Positions 53,179 through 63,132 are shown, counted from the stretch's first letter. The stretch: DNA of 64,000 nucleotides from an uncultured delta proteobacterium (GCA_963755715.1 CAVWLW010000076.1:1-64000), one strand, 5' to 3'. Notes: generated from the letters alone by a model not told the origin. Numbers and translations: made by a program.

Positions 53179-53287
53179 GACTGCTCCTTTCAAAGATTAA
53201 AGTTGAGGCTTGCTCGCTTCGTTGGATTGCACATCGGTGACCAGCACTACCTTGCTTCGTGCACCCATCTGTACAAAAGAAATTCAT
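53159..53287 (-). CDS. Possible 42-aa leader ORF
   Basis: AAGGAG-N7-ATG; MNFFCTDGCTKQGSAGHRCAIQ...; overlaps the porin start. Confidence 0.35.
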   Translation of the reverse strand: MNFFCTDGCTKQGSAGHRCAIQRSEQASTLIFERSSHVFSII

Positions 53288-53318
53288 AGCCCGACTCCTT
53301 CCTTAGTTATTTTGCGAA

Positions 53319-53354
53319 GCACTGGGCTCTGGATTCTCGACCTCTGGCCGCTGA
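53319..53354 (-). promoter_or_regulatory. Conserved 36-nt leader element, copy 2
   Basis: UCAGCGGCCAGAGGUCGAGAAUCCAGAGCCCAGUGC; its AGCCC can pair with GGGCU between the RBS and AUG 53287. Confidence 0.7.
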
Positions 53355-53401
53355 AGGATCCTGTTGTACGAAGCTTTTTACACGACTTACACTGTCTATC
53401 C

Positions 53402-53537
53402 TCACGGTTCCTTTGGTATCGACGCGGAAGAATCGACGCGACGTTTGCAGCGCCGGCACTTGATTTCTACGCCTTGCGCTGACTAACCGCGCCAAAAGAC
53501 TGCCGCAACAACAGCGGAGGGCGTCCTCATCGCGCAT
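53402..53537 (-). CDS. Com-like zinc-ribbon protein, copy 2 (1-nt indel near 53476)
   Basis: MRDEDALRCCCGSLLARLVS / GVEIKCRRCKRR. Confidence 0.75.
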
Positions 53538-53587
53538 AGCTAGAACGGCATCCTGCCGCGATGTTTGATCCGGGCTTAAACTGCGAA

Positions 53588-55560
53588 CTAAGACTCCACA
53601 GGTCCTTTCTTTCCTGCGCCGACCCACAGGAAAGTCGCAAAAAACGCGCATAGCATAAGCGCTTGAGCCGCTAAACTTTCCAAGGTCGGATAAATTCCCA
53701 GCAGCGGAATCTGCGGCGGGAAACCAAGGGGGTTGTCGAAACCCAGCCCGCGGCCTGTAACTCTTTAATACCGTTACCGGCGAAAATGAACGCAATGATA
53801 TAAAGGAAGGTTCCGGTGACGCCGAAGAAATATTTCAACGGAACTTTGAGGCCGAGCTTCAAAATGGCAAAGGTCAGCACGACAAGAACCGCCAGTCCGG
53901 CGATGAATCCCCAAAGAATCAGATGATGGTCGTTTTCGTTCTGCAGCCATAGCGCTTGGTAAAACAACACGACTTCAAAAGCCTCACGATAGACGGCAAA
54001 AAATGAAATTCCCACCAGTCCGAGAATCTTCTTGCCGTCGACCACGTTCTGTACCTTGTCGTGAATGAAGCTCTGCCACTTCTTGGCCTCGGACTTCGTA
54101 TGCAGCCAATAGCCGACGTAGAACAAAGCTACGGCGGCAAAAACCGAGATAAAGCCCTCCATGCTTTCGCGATGTTGTCCGCTGAAAGTCAAAAACGTTT
54201 GAGTGGCGACCCAGGTGAGGCCGCCGGCGACGAGGGCGAGGACCCAGCCGATGATGGATGTAGCGAACGGCATGCGGTGGCGCCCATGACTTTGAGCATC
54301 GCCAGGATCGCGGCTAGAACCAAAGTCGCTTCCAGTCCTTCGCGCACAATGATCAGCGCGGAATTGAGGAAAAAATAGATGCCCGAGTAGTCGTCGTTGC
54401 GCGCGATGATTTCGCTGGCCCGATCGAGACCCGCTTCGATTTCACTGCGCCGTTTGTCGATCTCTTCCGGCCCAACTCCCTGTTTGATGGCGTTACGGTA
54501 CGCGGTGAATAAGCCCTCGAGGCTGCGGCCGAAGGAGGCGTCTTTGGCGAATAAGGCGGGCTCGGCCAGCTCGTAGCCGTCGATGTAGGCATCGACGGCC
54601 TTTTGATAGGCTTTTTCTTTTTCTCCGGCGGCATAGAGCGCTGCGCTTTCGCGCACCAAGTTCCGAGTCAGCACCAGCGGGTCCGCCGGCTTTTGTTCCA
54701 ACAGACCGCGGCGCAGATAAGCGAGGACATCGTTGACCTGATCTTCCTGATCGAAATAACTCTTAAGTTGTTCCGATAGCTGTTCATCGGAGTCGGTTGC
54801 GAGATTCGCCACGGCGGTCAGCTCCGCCGGCAATTTTTTCTGCTGTATCAGCGCCGCGCCGCGATCGGCTTGTTCGCGCGAGAAACGCAAGGACATGACA
54901 TAGAACGCGACCTGCCAGCGCTGCTCCTCGCTGAGCGCCGCAAACGAAGCCATCGCCGTTCCCTCCACGCCGAAGCTCGCCGTGTTGAAAGCCTTAAACG
55001 GCGACAATCCCGCCATTCGCTCAGGATCGGTGAAATTCGCCGGCGCGGGCGTCTTGGGATTCATCGAACTTCGCCCCGGTCCATCGCCCTTGCCGCTCTC
55101 GCCGTGGCATTGGGCGCAATTCTCCACGTAGAGTTTTTGGCCTGAGTCCAAAGACGGCAACTGTTTAGGATACGGAACGATTTTATATGCGGTGATCAGT
55201 TTTTCTTTGGCGTTCTGGGCGAGCTCGGCGACGATCTGGGGCTCGGCTTTTTTGTCGATCTGTGCGGCCAGTGATTTAATAGTCGATTCGATTCCGGCTC
55301 TGTCCGCCTTGTCGGCTTGTTTGAGCTGATTGAAAAGTTCTTGGCTGCGCTTGGAGAACTCCTGCATCTCGGCGTATTCGTCGGCGCTCAGGATCTTGCC
55401 GTCCTTGACGGCGTTTTTGTAGTCGCTGCCGAGATAGTCGAGTAGCGAGACCAGCCGCTTGGCGTCATCCGGTTGGGCGAAAGCCAGAGGCGCGGTGCTC
55501 AAGAGCGCAGCGATTGCCAGGAAACAAAAGAAGAGACGGCGGATACCGGGAATTCGGTTA
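53588..55560 (-). CDS. Cytochrome c / FTR1 iron permease fusion (PbrT-like); frameshifts, start approximate
   Basis: LLDYLGSDY, CAQCHG, REGLE and REAFE motifs, GIKELQAAG, LGIYPT. Confidence 0.9.
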
Positions 55561-55631
55561 AGTCGGTTGTCTGAGAAGCTACGAAAGCAACGGGTCGAGG
55601 TGGTTTTATTATGAGATGGAGGTTCCATAGA

Positions 55632-56401
55632 TCACGATGCTGTGCGCCGCCAGAAGATAGCGCCTGTCGTAGCCAGGCGCTGATGCCGTCCATGACAAGC
55701 ACGATCACCAACACCAATAATAAGATGGTTGCCAGCCGCTGATAGTCCAAACTCTGCAGATAGATTTGAATGACGAAGCCTAAGCCGCCGGCGCCGACGA
55801 AGCCGAGCACCGAGGAAGCGCGAATGTTGTACTCGAGCATGAACAGCACTTGGGCGAGAATCGCATTGGCGGCCTCGGGGACGATCACGAAGCGGACGAG
55901 TTGCAGCTTGGAAGCGCCGGTGCTTTGCACCGCCTCGATGATCTCCGGATCGGTGCCTTCGAATAAGTCGGCGTAGATCTTGGCGAGATAGCCGACGGTG
56001 TAAGCGGCGATGCCCAAGGTGCCGGCCAGCGGGCCGAGACCGACGAGGATGACGAAGATAATCGCCCACAGCAGCACGGGCACGGTGCGAATGCCCGCCG
56101 CGATAAAGCGCGCAAAGCTGGAAACCCACGACGAAAACAACCTGCGAGTGCCGAGAACGCTCAGCGGTAGCGACGCCAGGAAGCCGAGAAGGGTGCCGGC
56201 AAACGACATTTCAACGGTCTCCCACAAAGCGGCGCCGACGGTCGGCAGGATGCCGACGTCCGGCGGCAACATCTCCGAACCAAGAATGCCGAGATTGCGC
56301 ACGCCGCGCGCGAGGCGCTCGAGATCGAAAAAGCCGAGGTGCGCCAGCACGGCCAACAAAAAAAAGCCGGTGGTGGCGGGGAGAACCAAGCTGGTCTTCA
56401 C
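55632..56401 (-). CDS. phnE: PhnE/PtxC-like ABC permease (3' end uncertain)
   Basis: ETVEMSFAGT, RTVPVL, GLGPLAG, EAVQSTGAS, EYNIRASSVLGFVGAGGLG. Confidence 0.88.
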
Positions 56402-57148
56402 AGGCTGGCCTCGGCGCGCGCTGACTCGCGCAGTTGATTGCCGATATAGCCGGGCACGATCTCGCCGTCTTTGAGCGCGAGCACGTCGTCGCCGAATTGA
56501 CGCGCCAGGCCGAGCCGATGCATGCTCATGACGAAGGTAATGTTTTCTTTATCGGCGGCGCGGCGGATGCGCATGAGAATCTCCGACGCCAGGGCGAGGT
56601 CCAAGTCGGACGCAAATTCGTCGGCGATCACGATGCGGGGATGTTGCAGCAGGGTGCGCGCGATGGCGACTCGCTGGCGCTCCCCGCCGCTCAGACGAAA
56701 AACCTGCTCGGAGCGCTTGTGGGCGATGCCCATCATATCGAGCGCGGCCTCGGCCCGATCCGTTTCGGCGCGCGGGAACAGGCTGAAGAGTGCTTTGCCG
56801 ACGCCGATCCGGCCAAGTGAGCCCATCAAAACATTGTCGAGCGCTGAGAGACTTCTGACCAATCCCAATTGCTGCGGGATGTAGCCGATCACAGAACTGA
56901 GCCGGCGTTGGCCAAAGCCACTGGTCGGCTCGCCGAAAACCGCGACCCGCCCTTCGTTTGGTTTCAGAATTCCCGCCAACACCCGCAACAGCGTGGTCTT
57001 GCCGGTGCCGGAAGGGCCCATGATGACCGTGTGTTGACCGGCGGGAATCGACAGCGACACATCGCGCAGTACCCAATCGCGGCTGCGATAGGCGAACCAA
57101 ACTCGGTCCGCTTGGAGAGCGGGTAGCGCTGTCGCTATTCGAGGTCAC
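56398..57148 (-). CDS. phnC: PhnC-like ABC ATPase (indel near start)
   Basis: GPSGTGKTT, LSGGERQRVAIAR, ADE, SMH. Confidence 0.88.
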
Positions 57149-58076
57149 AGACGCTCCGTAAACTTTAGATTTGCCGCTTTCAGATATTTTTGCAGCGAGC
57201 CGAGATGCTCGCTTGCCGTAGTCGGCTTGAAGCCGACGAAGATGCTGGAAATAAACGTGCGCATGAGCTCGCGGTGCTCAGGCGCGCCGAGCTTGACGAT
57301 GGTTTGCACTGCGCGGGTGCGCAGCGGGTCTTTCAACTCTTTGCTGAGCACGACGGCGTGGGAAGGGATCGGCCCTTGCTGCTCGATGGTGCGGCTGCCG
57401 GCTAGAACTTCATTGTAAAGCTTCTCCGGCACGTCGCCGGCGATGATCGTGGTGTCGACTTGGCCCTGCTTCAAGCGCTTGCCAGCACTGGCCGTAGCCG
57501 CCGCCGAACAGCACTTCTTTAAAATAGCCTTTGGGGTCGGCTTCTTTGCCTTCGCCCGGCTGCAACAGATTCATTTCGATCATGCGGCCCATCGGCGCGA
57601 CGAATCCAGAGGTCGAAATCGGACTGGGGAAGCAAGCGCTCTTGCCCTTCAACGAAGGCAGGTCTTTGTACGGCGAGTCGGGAGCAACAACCCAATAAGA
57701 AAAATAGTGCGGCGCCTCGACTTTATCTTTGCCGTGCAGCACCTGCCGAATCTCCGCCAGGGCGACTTCGGCGCCGCCGAGCCGGACCGCGAGCTGCGCC
57801 GGCCATGCCGACATGAAGGCGAGGTGCGCGTGGCCGAAAGCGAAGCGATTCCACCACGGCGGCGTAACTGCTTGGCACGTAGATCTCGACTTTGGTTCGG
57901 CCACCCAAGCCTTTTTCCATAAACTGCTGCAACGGTTTGGCCTTGTTCAGCATCTCGTCGCTCGCCACCGTCGGTTGGATCGCAACCACGAGTTTATTTT
58001 GCGCAAAGCTCAAGCTCGGCACGAGCGCAGCCAGAGCTAAAGCGAGCACTAGGTGCTGGCGAAAATATCGCTTCAT
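57145..58076 (-). CDS. phnD: PhnD/PtxB-like substrate-binding protein, frameshifted
   Basis: RBS AAGGAG; signal peptide; SSYAAVVESL, STSG, GPIPSH. Confidence 0.85.
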
Positions 58077-58187
58077 CGCGGGCTCCTTTTCGCTTGATCT
58101 AGACAACTATCTTTACTATAAGATGGTTGTGTGATGAATTGTTCATACATTAATAATTTAATAGTAACCACATGTTAAAGTCAAAAG

Positions 58188-58218
58188 TTCGTATAGGCGA
58201 AAGAAAAAAGTTTGTCAA
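58188..58218 (-). promoter_or_regulatory. Sigma70 promoter toward phnD with an overlapping palindromic operator
   Basis: TTGACA-N17-TATACG; palindrome TTCGTATAGGCGAA (58188-58201) covers the -10. Confidence 0.6.
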
Positions 58219-58228
58219 GGCTACGGAA

Positions 58229-58888
58229 GTGCCCCAAGTCAGCCACGCCTTGGAAGACTATCTGAAATCGATCTATCAGCTCGCCGAGGAATCCCAGCCA
58301 GTCATCGCCGCGCGCATCGCCGCCGAAACCGGCGTTTCGCCATCTACTATATTTACCACGCTGCAGCGTTTGGCCCGGGAAGGTTACGTGACGATTAACC
58401 GGCATAAGGAGATCCATCTCACCCAGGATGGCAAGACGGTGGCGGAGAGAATCGTGCGCCGGCATTTTTTAACCGAACGCTTTCTCACCGACCTGCTCGG
58501 ACTCGATTGGGTAAAGGCCCATCAGGAAGCACACCGTTTAGAGCACGCGATTTCTCAGGACGTGGAGGAGCGGCTGGCCAAGTTATTGAGTAATCCGACG
58601 ACCTGTCCGCACGGGAACCCTATCCCGGGGGCGCTAGCGGGGCCAGCACAGAAGACTATTCCGCTCAACGAAGCGTCGGATGGGCAGAGCGTCGAGCTCG
58701 ATTTCATCACCGAAGGCGGTGAGCGCGACGTGCGCTTGCTGAGTTTTCTGCAGGAGCATGGCATGCGCCCCGGCGCCAAAGTCCATGTTCTCGACGTGGC
58801 CCCTTCGCTCGGCATGATGACTTTAAAAGTCGGCGCCGACGCGTTTTCTCTAGGGCTTGAAGCGGCGAAGAAAATCCGCGTTCACTAG
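58229..58888 (+). CDS. DtxR/MntR-family metal-dependent regulator with FeoA domain
   Basis: EDYLKSIY, HTH, RRHFLTERFL, HQEAHRLEH, CPHGNPIPG, FeoA-like C-terminus. Confidence 0.93.
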   Translation: MPQVSHALEDYLKSIYQLAEESQPVIAARIAAETGVSPSTIFTTLQRLAREGYVTINRHKEIHLTQDGKTVAERIVRRHFLTERFLTDLLGLDWVKAHQEAHRLEHAISQDVEERLAKLLSNPTTCPHGNPIPGALAGPAQKTIPLNEASDGQSVELDFITEGGERDVRLLSFLQEHGMRPGAKVHVLDVAPSLGMMTLKVGADAFSLGLEAAKKIRVH

Positions 58889-59059
58889 TGTCCTGACTCA
58901 GAAATTCGCAATATAATTCGATCGTCATTCCGGGCAAGCTGGCGCAGCTAGCGCGACCCAGAATCCAGGAATTTCAAAGGCATCTGGATATCGGCGTCCG
59001 CCGGTATGACGGATAACCGTAAACAACTTGTTTAACGAACTTCCGGGCCAGGACACTAG
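58885..59059. mobile_element. CTAG-bounded MITE enclosing a REP-like pair
   Basis: CTAGTGTCCTGACTCAGAAATTCG / CGAACTTCCGGGCCAGGACACTAG imperfect IR; internal GTCATTCCG..GAATCCA / TGGAT..CCGGTATGAC. Confidence 0.75.
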
Positions 59060-59245
59060 CTAGTCTGGCGGGTTGCTGAGAAAAGATGAGGAATGCTTCG
59101 AGCGTCTCAGGGTGACGGAAAATTACCAGCGATATCAATCCCCCTTCTTTGTCCTTGACGGACTCAAAGGGTTCTGATGCCTGTCCAAAGACGCCGAGAG
59201 GATTTTGCGATTTTGCGGAACTGGCTAGGGATTAAGTAGTGAGGA

Positions 59246-59518
59246 CTAGTCCTCGCTGGACGGCACGGCGATGATTGATGATCCCGAGTCGGCCTGACGC
59301 TCGGCTAGCTCGCTGGTGAGAAATTCGATTTGATCGCTGAGACGGGCGTCACGATCGATCAGAATCAGGTCTCGTCCATTCACCCGGCAGCTACCGCTCT
59401 TGGCCCGATATCCTGCCTCGCGTAAGAGTTTCTCGGTGCGCACGTGGATGTTCATGCGTTTGGCGCTGAGGATGAGCTCCTGCAGGCGGGCTTCCTGTCT
59501 ATTTTTTGGCGCGACCAT
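59246..59518 (-). CDS. Hypothetical protein
   Basis: 90-aa ORF containing VRTEKLLREAGYRAKSGSCRVNGRDLILID. Confidence 0.7.
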   Translation of the reverse strand: MVAPKNRQEARLQELILSAKRMNIHVRTEKLLREAGYRAKSGSCRVNGRDLILIDRDARLSDQIEFLTSELAERQADSGSSIIAVPSSED

Positions 59519-59680
59519 GACCTGAGCGGATTATCCATAATATTGCCGCAATTGTAAACCGCGAGGCCAATTTTCTCCTTGCAAAAACGTCCTTCCTTGT
59601 TATCGTAACTTTGCGGATTTGATTGGAAGTTCGAACGGCGCAGGGACGTTTGCGCGCTCGGCAAACGTCAGGAGGTCGGC

Positions 59681-60517
59681 ATGATCAAAAACATTCTTGT
59701 CCCTCTGGATGGTTCGGAACATTCCAAAGCAGCGCTCGATTATGCCATTTGGATTACCGAGAAATTTAATGGCACGCTTTTCGGCCAGCATATTATCGAT
59801 ACGATCTCGATCGAAGGCACTTTCTTTCACGATATCTCCGGTTCCCTCGGCTTCGAGCCGTATTTGGATTTCTCTAGCAAGATGCGAGAAATCCTCGAGG
59901 AGCGGGGCAAAACCATTCTCGAAGATTTCGCCGCGCGCTGTGAAAAGAAAGGCATCCGTTACACCGCTCATCTCGATATGGGATTGATCGCCAATGAGAT
60001 TTGCGAGCGCTCCAAAGTTGCGGATCTGGTGGTCCTCGGGCATCGCGGCGTCAATGAAGAATTCTCCACCGGACTTTTGGGCACCACCGCGGAAACGATC
60101 ACGCGCAAGTGTCCGCGGCCGGTTTTTGTTTCGACAAGACAATTCAAACCGGTCGAAAGCCCGCTGTTGGCTTACGACGGCAGCCAACGCGCGAGTTCGG
60201 CGATGGAATCGGCGGCGGAATTTTGCACGGTGCTGCATTTGCCGCTGACCGTGCTGACGGTTTCCCGCGACGAGTCCGTGATTCGCGCCAATTTACAGCA
60301 AGCCAGAGGCTATTTGGGCTCCTACCCGATTGATGTGACTTACGAGACCGCGAGCGGTTATCCGGAGCAGAAAATCGTCGAGCAACTGGTTAGCCGCAAT
60401 CATGACCTGCTATTCATCGGCGCGTACGGCCACCGGCGGATCATCGAAATGGTGCTCGGCAGCACGACCGAATACGTGCTGCGTAACGCGCCTTGTCCGG
60501 TATTCCTGAATAGATAG
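59681..60517 (+). CDS. Tandem universal stress protein
   Basis: ILVPLDGS, LAYDGS, GAYGH...LGSTTE. Confidence 0.92.
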   Translation: MIKNILVPLDGSEHSKAALDYAIWITEKFNGTLFGQHIIDTISIEGTFFHDISGSLGFEPYLDFSSKMREILEERGKTILEDFAARCEKKGIRYTAHLDMGLIANEICERSKVADLVVLGHRGVNEEFSTGLLGTTAETITRKCPRPVFVSTRQFKPVESPLLAYDGSQRASSAMESAAEFCTVLHLPLTVLTVSRDESVIRANLQQARGYLGSYPIDVTYETASGYPEQKIVEQLVSRNHDLLFIGAYGHRRIIEMVLGSTTEYVLRNAPCPVFLNR

Positions 60518-60559
60518 GTCAACGGCTCAAAGATTTAAAAGTTCGAGGTTGCTTGACCC

Positions 60560-61366
60560 ATGAAGTTTCTTGCCGCAGCGATTCAGATGCTTGCCACCGA
60601 CGACAAGGCGGCCAATCTCAAGGAAGCCAAACACTGGCTGCGCCGGGCCGCGGCCCAGGGCGCGCGCGTGGCCGCGCTGCCGGAGGTTTTTATCTGGCGT
60701 GGTAACAAGAAATCCGAACGCGAGTCCGCCGAACCGATTCCCGGCCCGACGTCCAACGCGCTGGCCGAGTTGGCGCGTGACCTCGGCATCTATGTTTTAG
60801 CCGGCTCGATTCTCGAAGCGATTCCCGCCAGCCCAAAGGCCTACAATACGAGTTTGCTCTTCGAGCCATCGGGCAAAGTCCTGGCGGCGTATCGCAAGAT
60901 TCATCTCTTCGACGTCGATCTCGCCAACGGCACGTCGCTGCGGGAATCGGCTACACGCGAATTCGGCACTCGCGTCGCGGTCGCCGATATGGGTTTCTGC
61001 AAAGCTGGCTTGTCGGTGTGCTACGATCTGCGGTTTCCCGAGCTCTATCGAGACCTAGCCAAGCAAGACGTGGATTTGATCTTCGTTCCGTCCGCCTTCA
61101 CGGCATATACTGGAGAAGCGCATTGGGAAACGCTGCTGCGCGCCCGCGCGATCGAAAACCAAGTCTACATAATCGCGCCGGATCAGTTTGGCAAGAGCGC
61201 CAAGAGCTTTGAAACCCACGGCCACAGCATGATCATCGACCCATGGGGACAGATATTAGCGGAACTTCCCGACGGTCCTGGCATAATTACCGCTGAAATC
61301 GACTTGGATTATCTCGCCAAAGTGCGCGCCGAGTTGCCGGCGCTCAAACACCGCCGGCTGGTCTGA
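60560..61366 (+). CDS. Carbon-nitrogen hydrolase (Nit1-like deaminated-glutathione amidase)
   Basis: LPE, YRKIHLFDV, CYDLRFPE, ARAIEN, GHSMIIDPWG. Confidence 0.92.
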   Translation: MKFLAAAIQMLATDDKAANLKEAKHWLRRAAAQGARVAALPEVFIWRGNKKSERESAEPIPGPTSNALAELARDLGIYVLAGSILEAIPASPKAYNTSLLFEPSGKVLAAYRKIHLFDVDLANGTSLRESATREFGTRVAVADMGFCKAGLSVCYDLRFPELYRDLAKQDVDLIFVPSAFTAYTGEAHWETLLRARAIENQVYIIAPDQFGKSAKSFETHGHSMIIDPWGQILAELPDGPGIITAEIDLDYLAKVRAELPALKHRRLV

Positions 61367-61400
61367 GTTCCCATGCAAGTGACCCGCACGGCGCAAAGCC

Positions 61401-62228
61401 ATGATTGAATCTCTACTGGTGGCTGTAACCAGAGTTTCGACGATGTCGGCCGGGACGATGTTGACCGGCGCCACCGGTTTTTTTTTCGAGCGCGACGACC
61501 GGCTTTTTCTTATTACGAGCCGTCACGTCGTGTTGGATGAGGCTAGTAATCACCGGCCGGATCGACTGGAAATCGAGCTGCACGTGGATCCGAAAAACAT
61601 CGCGGTGGTGACACAGATGTCGATTCCGCTTTATCGTGACAACCAGCCGGTTTGGCGCCAGGGTGTCGATTCCGGCGGCAGCGTCGATATCGTCGCCGTG
61701 GAGTTGCAACGGGCGGCGCTGCCGGAGACGATGCTTCTGTCAAGCTTTACTCCGTATCATCTCGTCACCGAGTTCGATCAGATCGAAGTTGGAACTGCCG
61801 TGCTGATCGTCGGGTTTCCCTTGGGCTTTCATGACAACTTGCATCATTTGCCGGTGGCGCGCCAAGCCGTGATCGCGTCGGCATTCGGTATTCGTTTCCA
61901 GGGACAAGGATATTTCTTGACGGACGCGAGAATGCACCGCGGCACCAGCGGGGCGCCGGTGGTCGCGCGCGTGACCACGGAGCGTTCCGGCCGCGCCGAT
62001 TTCCCGTGGATGTTGCTCGGCGTGCACGCCGCGCGTATGGATGTGAGCAACCGCGATATCGACGAGGATGAACGTCTGGATCTGAATTGCGCTTGGTATG
62101 CCGACGTTCTTCTAACGCTGACTGATGAGTCTGGTGTGATGGCAAAGGAAAGACCGTCGGTTAATTTTCCGCGACAAGAAGTGGGCGCAATGAATTGCGC
62201 CCCTACGAGAACGATGCCATTTCGGTAG
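61401..62228 (+). CDS. Trypsin-like serine protease
   Basis: TSRHV, VDI and HRGTSGAPV catalytic-triad motifs; no signal peptide. Confidence 0.85.
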   Translation: MIESLLVAVTRVSTMSAGTMLTGATGFFFERDDRLFLITSRHVVLDEASNHRPDRLEIELHVDPKNIAVVTQMSIPLYRDNQPVWRQGVDSGGSVDIVAVELQRAALPETMLLSSFTPYHLVTEFDQIEVGTAVLIVGFPLGFHDNLHHLPVARQAVIASAFGIRFQGQGYFLTDARMHRGTSGAPVVARVTTERSGRADFPWMLLGVHAARMDVSNRDIDEDERLDLNCAWYADVLLTLTDESGVMAKERPSVNFPRQEVGAMNCAPTRTMPFR

Positions 62229-63132
62229 TCTCTAGCGGTTCTACGGTCACTTTTACTTCCAGGGTTTGAACCCCGCCGCCGTTGATCACGCCGCGCAACG
62301 GCGTGATGTCGGAGAAATCGCGGCCCCAGCCGATGGTGATATGCTCCAAAGACGGGATCAGGTTATTGGTCGGATCGAGGTCGATCCAGCCACTGCCCGG
62401 GACGAATAGAGATACCCACGCGTGGGAGACATCGGCGCCGACGCGGCGCGGCTTGCCGGGCGCCGGGCGCGTGAGCAGATAACCGCTCACGTAGCGGGCG
62501 GCGAGTCCGTTCGAGCGCAGGCATGAAATCATGAAATGGGCAAAATCCTGGCACACGCCGCGCTTCTGCGCGAAAAATTTCATCACCGGCGTGGTGACGG
62601 TGGTCGCGGCGGGATCGAATTTAAACTCGCCGTGAATTTTCGCCATCAGCGTCATGGCCGCTTCTAAGATAGGCCGATTGGGTTTGAAGCAATCACTGGC
62701 GTAACTACGCAGATCTCGTTTGACCCGCGCGTGAGGCGATTCGAAGAGAAACTGCGTCGCTTCCAAAATTGACGGATCGGGACGCCAACCGGCGCGGTAG
62801 CGAAGCGCATCGCGAACCGTTTCCCACGCCGGCGTTTCTAAGGGTTCGATCGGGGTCGCCGCCGTTGTCTCGACGTTGGTGCGAGCGACGATCTCCAAGG
62901 CGTTATGAGCTGACTCGATGGCAATTTCGATCAGCGGATTGCCGAACGGATCGGTGATTTCGTGCCGCAGGGTCGGCGTCGGCATGATGACGATTTCGTG
63001 CGTTTCACTGCGCTGGCGCGCAAGCGCTCGCGGTGTGAGATGAAGCTGCTGATGGGAGAGCAGCACCGGTTCCGAATAACGGTATGCGGTGTTGTGCTCG
63101 ACCCGATAGCGGCGCGCGCCGTTTTGACTCAT
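62203..63132 (-). CDS. Transglutaminase-like protein
   Basis: HNTAYRY, GVCQDFAH, ARYVSGY, SHAW, DPTN. Confidence 0.93.
   Translation of the reverse strand: MSQNGARRYRVEHNTAYRYSEPVLLSHQQLHLTPRALARQRSETHEIVIMPTPTLRHEITDPFGNPLIEIAIESAHNALEIVARTNVETTAATPIEPLETPAWETVRDALRYRAGWRPDPSILEATQFLFESPHARVKRDLRSYASDCFKPNRPILEAAMTLMAKIHGEFKFDPAATTVTTPVMKFFAQKRGVCQDFAHFMISCLRSNGLAARYVSGYLLTRPAPGKPRRVGADVSHAWVSLFVPGSGWIDLDPTNNLIPSLEHITIGWGRDFSDITPLRGVINGGGVQTLEVKVTVEPLETTEMASFS

Noticed and set aside
49949-53537. Com-like genes as evidence of a Mu-like prophage
   Set aside because: No phage, mom or transposase genes are nearby; the context is purely metal uptake.
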